NCBI GenBank assembly: GCA_951406725.2
Contig: OX597831.1
Span: 15,128,001 to 15,192,000 of the forward strand
Direction: 5' to 3'
Source: Octopus vulgaris
Taxonomy: Eukaryota
Length of the DNA: 64,000 bases
Positions 54,587-64,000 of the stretch are shown piece by piece. The position numbers were made by a program, and so were the translations under genes. Numbering within the stretch: position 1 is the stretch's first letter; every line of letters begins with the position of its first letter. A model generated the notes under the pieces. It was given only the letters and a program-made list of their open reading frames with translations. It did no database searches and was not told the origin of the DNA.

Positions 54587-55910
54587 GCCCTCAGATCTCA
54601 TAGCCAAGTCGGAACAGATATTTTCACGAGGCATTCACCTGCCAAGTTTATATCTGACCAAATTTTCAACGTCGCACTCGCGCCAAATTTATCGGCAGCA
54701 AATAAATAGCCGTCGATTCCATTACGGAATAACCAGAAAATTCATAATTAATCAATATGGCGGCAAAAAAATTTTGTAGAATTTTTGCCACCAGCGGCCT
54801 AGTGGAAAAATGAAATAGTCATAGACCATTTTTAAGTTCAACATCATCAATATATATAAAAATTTAAAAAACATTTACCCTGTAATTTCTTATACGATAT
54901 ACCGTTTCATCTGCTGATTAATGGTAAACTAACCTGATTAAATTAAATCAAGCCAATCTTCCACAGGCCTCAGATTCTTCAGTAAAATACAAGTCGGAAC
55001 AGATATTTCGGGCATTTCCGACCTGCCAAGTTTATATCTGACCTAAATTTTCAAATCGTCGCACTCGCCAAATTTATCGGCGAAAAATATAAGCGTCGAT
55101 TCCATTACGGAATTAACCAGAAAATTATAATTAATCAATATAGGGCGGCAAAAATTTTGTAGAATTCTTTGCCAGCGGCCTAGTGGGAAAAATTAAAGTC
55201 ATAGACCATTTTTAAGTTCAACATCAACATCAAGGAACAATAATAGGCCATTCACCCACTAGAAATAACAGCCAAAGCTTCAACGCAAATATAATTCCAA
55301 ACAGAGAAAATTTAAAAACATTTACCCTGTATTTTATACGATATACCGTTTCATCTCGATTAATGGTAAACTAACCTGATTAAATTAAATCAAGCCAATC
55401 TTCAGCCCCAGATTCTTCATAAAATAGCCCAAGTCGGAACAGATATTTTCACGAGGATTTCCGACCTTGCCAAGTTTATATCTGACCTAAAATTTTCAAA
55501 TCGTCGCACTCGCGCCAAATTTATCGGCAGCAAATAAATATAAGCCGTCGATTCCATTACGGAATTAACAGTTCATATAATCAATATAGGTGGCAAAAAA
55601 ATTTTGTAGAATTCTTTGCCAAGCTAGTGGGAAAATAAATAGTCATAGACCATTTTGTTCAATATCAAGAACGCCAATAGCATTCACCCACTAGAAATAA
55701 CAGCCAAAGTTCAACCGCAAATAAAACTTAATTCCGTAAACCAGGAGAAAATTTAAAAACATTTACCCTAATTTCTTATACGATATTCCGTTTCGCGATT
55801 AATGGTAAACTAACCTGATTAAATAAATCAACCAATCTTCCACAGGCCCTTTTTAATAATTTTATTTCGGAAGCTGCTGTTATTAGTGGGTGAATGGCCT
55901 ATGGCTGTTT

Positions 55911-55915
<5 letters not shown>
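54584..55915 (-). mobile_element. Retrozyme-like tandem array: 3 units (~380, ~440, ~440 bp) plus short inverted segment, in (TA)n
   Basis: Units start near 54584, 54964 and 55403; HHR motifs span the unit junctions; 55865-55902 is an inverted copy of the 55244-55272 segment. Confidence 0.75.
54882..54990 (-). ncRNA. Type I hammerhead at array junction (second copy about 55329-55426)
   Basis: Minus gtatttta-CTGAAGA-ATCTG...CAGAT-GAA-ACGGTATATCGT-A-; the perfect stem I partner taaaatac is seen in copy 2, copy 1 reads taagaaattac. Confidence 0.7.
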
Positions 55916-56003
<88 letters not shown>

Positions 56004-56023
56004 TATATATATATATATATTAT

Positions 56024-56096
<73 letters not shown>

Positions 56097-56556
56097 CAGA
56101 CGTGTATTTGTGTGTATGTGTACGATGCGTGTGTCTATGACTGTCTCTTGGCAAACAGTACTTGAAGTAGATTGTGAATATGCTCCGGAATAATCAGTGA
56201 AAGATGTTTTTGTTACATGTTTTCATTGCTTTTGATGAAATAAGTCGCAATAATTATGAACCAACCCAATAGGTTAATTATTTACATTCGACATGTCGTT
56301 CATATTTTAATAGAAATTGAACTGCGAACGATTCAAATGCTATTCAGTAAATACGTCAACGGTAAGTAGAGAGCAGTAACACTTATTACAAATTCCAGAA
56401 TATTACAAGTGGTGAGTGAAACGCAGAGCGTATTGATGTTATTGTGGATTTATATAGACAACAGATATATATTTCTATAGAGGGGCACTCATGAATCATT
56501 ATATAACTGTAAATGAGTTTATAAAACTATATACAAGCGCCTGTGCGTGTGTGTAT

Positions 56557-56644
<88 letters not shown>

Positions 56645-57033
56645 ACTATAGCGTACGTATTTATACACAAAAGATGCGACTTTTAACAGGATACTCAACA
56701 CAGTATATATGTGTGTGTGTGTTTCTCTAGACATGTATAACAACTCTTAGACGGGACGTGCACGCATAACTATATACACGTATATACACACACGTGCAGA
56801 ATCTAGCAGGTGTACGTACACACACAGGAACACAAACACGCACGCACACACATACACACACACACCAACACTCACACACCTACGCACGCGCACTGATGTA
56901 CACACAGTTATCTGATATATTCGGGAAGTTGTGTGATATTAATATTAAAATAACGATGGCCAGGTTATCTAAGAATCTAACAAAGAAATGGATCCAAATG
57001 TAAATTGGAACTGGAATTGATAATTCTTCTCAC

Positions 57034-57087
57034 CAAACACTTATTTCCTGTATCACGCTTTCATGGAGCGCACCGGTCTTATTGGAT
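57034..57087 (-). CDS. Candidate 54-nt exon
   Basis: ttgctttttccgataAG acceptor, G|GTGAGA donor; [17 protein letters not shown]. Confidence 0.25.
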
Positions 57088-57228
57088 CTTATCGGAAAAA
57101 GCAAAATAAAGTACCTCAACAAAAGCATACCCACAAACGTACAGAGATACGTGTATGTAATATATATATGTATATATATATGTATATGTATATCTATATA
57201 TATATGTATATGTATATGTATATACATT

Positions 57229-57384
<156 letters not shown>

Positions 57385-58440
57385 CTATGTATTTCGCTCT
57401 CATGTATCTTTTCATCGCTCTGTTTATCTCTGTCTCTCTCTCCATCTATCCACCTATATATATATGTGTGTGTGTATACTTGCATACTTGTATATTCATA
57501 TACATAAAACACACACACACACACACACACACACAGATATATATACACACTTGCAATGAAAGCTATATATTTATGTGCCTACCACATATATACATGTAGC
57601 GTTTATATTGTGCTAACATTCATCGCTCTAAAAGCAATGGCTCTCTCTTAATATCACGGCTCTGTAATTGAGTGCGGGCCAATAATCGGCGAATACATTA
57701 ATATTCCGTTATAGATAGCTGGCATTAATAAACAGCTGTTACATAATGGTATCGATTACAGGAAATATTATTCCACACACAGCATGAATGAATATGAAGG
57801 ACCAAACAAATAAACAGGAATATAATCATAATAATAAACTAAATAAATAAGAAATACATACAATCATCAAACAATATCTAATATATATTAGATTCTAACT
57901 CAAGGCCGAACCTTCTCCACCATGAATCTTCGACGGCCAGACTTGGCTTTTATCGGCAAAGATGGAGATAATTTTGTTTAAGAAGAGGAGAGAAGTGATG
58001 GAGAAGACGCCATGACTCTGCTCGATACTGTTCAGACAGGCCAATGTGGGAAAGGATGCGAAAGTTAATGAAATAACTGGCGCATTGATTGTTTTGCAAG
58101 TGGATATTCTGCCCGTATCGATCTTCAAAGGCTGCTATAATATCAGCTTTCTTGTTTACATCACAGCATGCTTACATGTATGTATGTATGTACGTATGTA
58201 TGTATGTATGTATGTATGTGTGTGTATGCATGTATGTATGTATGTATGTATGTATGTATGTATGTATGTCTCCCTCTATATATATATATGTATGCATGCG
58301 TGTATGTATGTATGCATGTATACATGTGTATATGTATGAATGTATGTATGTGTATATATATATGTATGCATATATATATTTGTGTGTATGCATGTGTGTG
58401 TTTGTATTTATGTAGGTGTATATATGTGTATGTGTACATG

Positions 58441-58503
<63 letters not shown>

Positions 58504-58835
58504 CAGTGTATATATGTATGTATATGAGTACGTATGTATGTATCGTTAATGAATAGTAATGTATCTATGCTTGTATGAATGGATGTTCTCCAATTTCGAG
58601 TTAAATTATTTCTCTGCGAATGGAACAGTCTTCTGACAAATGTACAAGGCTTCCGTGATTGAAAATAAGGATGTACGTATGTATATATATACATATCTGT
58701 GTGTATGTTGTATGTATGTGTATGTATGTAAATTATATATACATAGTAACACACTCACAGACACGCAAACTCAAATACGTGTATGGGTCTATCTTAATAT
58801 GAAACTATGATAGCCAACGAAAATGCATATATATG

Positions 58836-58934
<99 letters not shown>

Positions 58935-60208
58935 ATATGTATATATATATATTTATTTATATATATATTTATTTATTTATTTATATAAATACGGATAAGA
59001 TCTAGAATTATCCAGTAATTTTTTACTAGTTTCATCTTTTCATTTTGTTCACTCTCCATGTTGATATATGGATAATTTAAGTGCTTTTAGAGTCAGATCA
59101 TGGCTGCTATTTTCAACGTGGTGGTATCTCGTAGATCCCCTAATTTATAATTTATATATATATACATGAAAGAAGGTTTGAAAAGGCTAAGGTCATTTAG
59201 AGATATTTATTGATTTGACCGGTTTCACTACTTTATGACGCCTAAGAGACTGCATATTTGACACTTATAGACGCACACGCACTTCCTCACACGTACATGC
59301 ATGCGCCCTGTCACACATACAAGCGATTGCGCGTGCAAGTACAAACACAGACACACAAGGATGTATATCTAAACGCCCAGCTAATACACGCATCTATTGC
59401 ACAATAATTGCGTGAATATATCAATTTTGGAAATGCATGAGATGCATATATGAAACAAATAGATTTTTCTTTTATCTAAAGGAAAATTCACAGATGCATA
59501 TATATATAGAGAGACATATATACATATATACGTACGTACGTTCGTACATATGTGTGTGCATACTGCATAAATGCCGATCTTGAGAAATTAAGTTTCTCAA
59601 AATCTGAAAGAAGAAAATTGATTCGAAGACTACACTGGAACTGTAAAAATCTGCAAAAGTTTCCAGATGTTTATCATTTATCAATATATATGAGTTTGTC
59701 TAGATATGCAAATATATGCATGAGAATACATGCATAAAACATACAAATCTGCACATGAATACGTACATACATACAAAAATAAATACCTTGTTGTTGATGT
59801 TAAAATTCCAATGAGGGAGACCTTGGATGAAGGTTAGAAACCAGTTCTTGCTTTATTGGTAAGAAATCTCAAAATAAATTGAATAATGACATGTATACAT
59901 ATATTCATAGATATCATGACCTATGTTTAGAAGAATCTATAGGATATTTACATCCAAGGTATGTAATAAAGTGTAGACAGGTGCAAGGATCTCAATGCTT
60001 GCACGTGAGAGAATTTACATTTGCCAAATCTAAATGAGTTATTATCATTTAAACTATAAAAGGATTTGAAATGAAGGACTGAAAACGATTATCCAATAAG
60101 AACTTGAAATAGGGATTGTTCGTATCTGATTTAACGTACATCGCTCAATTATAAAAAGCAGAATTTATATAAGAAAATCTTTCAACGACCATCGCGAGAG
60201 ATATCGAG

Positions 60209-60299
60209 TTAAGACGCTGATGTGGCTGCACCGTTTAACGGTAGGGTTTCAAATGTAACGATTCATAATCCGGGCAACTGAAACGCGTGTCTGTCTTAA
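60209..60299 (+). ncRNA. Hammerhead-like motif (A9U), branched stem II
   Basis: ttaagacg-CTGATGT-ggctgc...gcaact-GAA-ACGCGTGT-C-tgtcttaa; 8-bp stem I. Confidence 0.65.
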
Positions 60300-60382
60300 A
60301 AAAACATTATATAATTATAGAATTAAAGGCAATGCTAGTGCTACTTTGGAATAATCCATATTTTTAATATTGTCAAGAAAAT

Positions 60383-61495
60383 GGGTTGGCAAAAAATTTC
60401 CAGCGGTTTTTTTAAATCTTGGAATTTATTGCGTTTTTAAATGTTGGAATGTATTTTTTTCGAGAATTCTATTTTTGAATCATTTTGGAATCTATTTATA
60501 TTATTTTTGCTAATTAATTTTAGTTAATTTTTGTTTATTTTCAGATCATTAAAATTTCAGAAAAAAAGTTCAGAAAAAACAGCGTTTTCGACACCTCCTT
60601 CTTTTTCCTTTTTATCAAGGTTCTAAGGCCGCAAAAGCTTCTCGCGACATTTGTGCTGTGTATGGAGAGGGTACCATAGCTGAAATATATGCTCGTGATT
60701 GGTATGCCAAGTTCAAAAATGAAAATCTTGACCTCAAAGACGCACCTCGTTCTCGCCGTCCAGCTCGATGAAGAGCGTTTAAACCAACTTTTTACGAAAA
60801 TTCTCGTCAAAAGACAAGGAACTGGCAAAGAAAATGGAATGCTCCACACTGCTGTAGAGAAGTATCTTCACTCGATGGGAAAGTTTCAGAAGTATGGAGC
60901 ATGGGTTCCGCATGCTTTAAGTAACAACAACAAAAATCAACGAGCCACAATCTCCGCTGGTTTGTTTGGTCGTCACCGCTCAACTCATGGACACAAGCAA
61001 CGATTCATTTACCGAATCGTTACTGGCGAGGAAAAATGGTGCCTGTACATCAATATGAAGCAGAGGCTTAGCCCCGGTAAACAAGCGAAACCGCGCCTGA
61101 AACAAGATCCTCATCCGCGTAAAACGATGTTGTGCGTATGGTAGGACTGGGAAGGGATTATCCATTGCGAATTGCTTGAACGGAACAAAACGGTCAACGG
61201 TGAACTCTGTGTTCAACAGATGGAAAGACTCAAAACGGCTATTGAAGAGAAAAGACTTAATCGTCAGCATAGAGTTCTTTTGCTGCACGACAACGCCCGC
61301 CCTCAAATCGCCAATATGACAAAGGAAAGCCATTCAAACGCATGGCTGGGAAGTACTGCCACACCAGATTTGTCACCAGCGAATATCCACCTCTTTAGAT
61401 CTCTTTAACGTGCTATGCGCGGAGTTACGTTCAATACTGGTGCAGATGAGAGCTTGGTTGGATCACTTTTTCGCGTCAAAATCGGGTGATTTCTA
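60383..61495 (+). mobile_element. Mariner (Mos1-like) transposase pseudogene
   Basis: FRHLLLF..ICAVYGEG..WYAKFK, AWVPHAL, RIVTGEEKW, LLHDNARP, PDLSP; stops and frameshifts; left TIR gggttggcaaaaaatttcc. Confidence 0.92.
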
Positions 61496-61499
61496 CCAA

Positions 61500-61804
61500 T
61501 GAGGAGCACAGCTGAGTGAAAGACCAACAAAATTCCTTCTAACACCAAAGACGAACTGAAGGCAAGGATTATGGCATTATTCGTCAACTTAAACAAGGAG
61601 ATCGTTCCAAAAGAGTTGCAGGAGATTCCGATGTCGTCTGCAGGATCTTGTTGGAGCCAATGACGATTTTATCATTTAAATTTATTCTTTAGTATTTGAA
61701 GATGTATTTATATAATTTTGGTAAATATATCTGCTAAAATGAGATGTCAGTGTTATTTTCATTTTTGTATAATTTAGACGAAAGTTTATTCAGTGCACCC
61801 TGTA
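61500..61804 (+). mobile_element. 3' end of a different Tc1/maT-like element
   Basis: TNKIPSNTKDELKARIMALFVNLNKE..CRRFRCRLQDLVGANDDFI; terminus caccctgta. Confidence 0.7.
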
Positions 61805-64000
61805 TATAAACGTTGATTTATATATATAGGCTAATCGTTAAACCAATGATTTGAATCTAAACATTCGTGATAAAATAAATTTCAATTTGAATGCAGATAG
61901 ATATGTGATGTTCAAAAATATGTTATTTCAAATTCGATATAACATAAAAAGATAAATAGATACTTCGAATATACTAGTTATTTCTGTAAAACCGCCAAAA
62001 TGAAAGGGATAGGGAGAGGAAAAGATTAGTCTGTGGAAAGCATATTCGAACATGCTCCAATATTATACATTTTTCTTATACGCACTGGGTATGAGCAAAT
62101 GAATATTCTCCTTTATATACATTCTCATTTTACAATTGTTTGTTAGTTAACTTTTCTATTACTGTTGAAAATTACAGACGTTTGTGGCCATATTTTGCAG
62201 AAAGAAATATTGTTGTTATATCTATTACAGACAGTTTTAGAGTAGGCTGCTTTGATAATACGCTTATGTCCTACAGCACATTTCCCTACTCAGCATGTAG
62301 AAAATAAAGAAACTAGAAAAGCATAACAATAACGAATGAATAAGAAATCGAAACAACCTTAAAATAAAATAGCCATAAAATAGCCGAATATTTAAAAGGA
62401 TCCATCTGTTCCATATATTTACGAGATCGTTCAGATAATAAACAATTGATATATTACATCCGTTTGCATTAGAGATTCAGATAAATGTTTTTACTAACGC
62501 AGGGGATCTGATTATTTACAATATATTGAATAACGGCTGTTCAACATTTACTTTCAAAAACGCATATCTATTCGTCCATGTTTTATCATTGCATCAATAA
62601 ATCTTTAAATTGGAACAAAGACTATGTAGGAATGTATTTACAAAATGCTAATTTGCGCTAATTATAGACGAAGGACGACCCTAATTGAACAGAGTTAATA
62701 CATAATATTCTTGTGTTTACGCAGAGATATTTTGGCGCCACCTATTTGGTGATTTGGTGCTAAATTATTTGACATCAGGCGTTTAAATTTTTCCCTCGTT
62801 TCCCCTCTACCCTCTTTCTGGTTATGAATACGAGCATCTACCTAGGTTTATATGGTATATGTAGCGACTTTCTATCCCTCTATCTTTCCCTTTCTCTCCT
62901 CTTTACTCTCATCCTCTCTCTCATTCTATCTTTCTGTTCGCGTGTTCGTGTGTTCGTGTGTTGGCTTTCATCGTCAAACACGTTGCTGCCAAAACAAGTT
63001 CAGATGACACATAACCATGATACAGCAATGATAAAATAATACAATATGTTACGCTAATCCAGAGATTCTGAACATATTTAATTCTAAATTTCTTTCACAA
63101 GGTGTGAAATATTTCACAGGATAACTTTATAATCTGCTCTTGACTCAGTTTTATTAGTTGCGAAGTTACTGCGTCAGTGAACAAGTCGGCACCTTACGAA
63201 ATAGGGATGAATTTTAAAGGGATTGAAGTGCTTTGTGTGTGTTTTTCAATAGTTTCTCCACATCATTGGTGTTTCAGTTGAAACGTATTGTACCAAATGA
63301 AATTATTCGCCAGACTCGCATCGCTTCGAACAACATTGCATTGTAGCTATTGTTAGGAATTTTCTATAAAACTGTATTTTTCTTATTTAGAGTTTGGATT
63401 TGGTTTGCAAATTTCCTGGTGCAACCTACTGAGTGAAACACATTTTGTTTTAAATTAGGAGAGACATGATGATAATGATAATCACACGCTAGTTCCTTTT
63501 CACTTATCGTTAGTCTATAGATCAATATTTAACCCGTTAGCACATCAAATACCGCGTTAATAATTTAGTCAATCAGCTAATCAACTACGTTTGTTAAATT
63601 CCTTCCGTGATATGTCTTCTCTGCCCTAAGCTGAAAGATGCCTGGATTACAGAAGTCATGTCGTTGGTAAGACCGTGAATAAAAATGAAAGAGCTTGAGA
63701 ATCTTAGTTGATTGATGGAAACATAATTAATTAAACAATCGATGAGTTAATTGGTTAAACATTCTGATATGCCATCCACGAATTAAAATGTAGGTCATTT
63801 AAAAGCGGAAACCATTTCGAAGCATTAAAATCCGTTTCATTTTCAAAGAAATAATTACAGAAATGTCCAAACCGCCAGCCCTCTGTATATGTTTTAAATA
63901 ACCAATATCATTTGGAAATCTAATTATAAAACGAAAAGTTTTGAATGGTGCTATAATACAGACAATGGGCTAATACCCAATGCTTCAAGCGAACTATAAT

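Noticed and set aside
59200-59230. GAAACCGGTC half-hammerhead on minus (similar at 10730-10765)
   Set aside because: 5' core absent or corrupted; at most a decayed remnant
63168-63205. GTGAACA..GAAA as a second G3-C8 HHR
   Set aside because: No stem III or stem I pairing

Overview
AT-rich, microsatellite-saturated eukaryotic DNA. The SINE families and repeat style suggest a cephalopod (Octopus-like) genome; this is inference from recognition, not a database match. No complete protein-coding gene is visible: nearly all ORF-track entries are translations of (TA)n/(CA)n/(TATC)n/(AAT)n tracts, and only a few low-confidence spliced exons are candidates. The window is mostly transposon debris: four tRNA-derived SINE families, LINE fragments (Tx1/L1-like, RTE, R4/Dong-like, CR1/L2-like), decayed Tc1/mariner elements and Penelope-like elements (PLEs). 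The main signal is a dense set of type I hammerhead ribozyme (HHR) motifs, about eight well-folded plus several decayed, from several repeat families. Three alternative pairings of the core 3-8 base pair occur (C3-G8, U3-A8, G3-C8). Most motifs sit in non-coding cassettes inserted in (TA)n: long fold-back elements carrying a ribozyme motif on each strand, and a three-unit tandem array of ~443-nt units with HHR motifs at the junctions (retrozyme-like, possible circular RNA). All folds were done by eye and no activity is shown.
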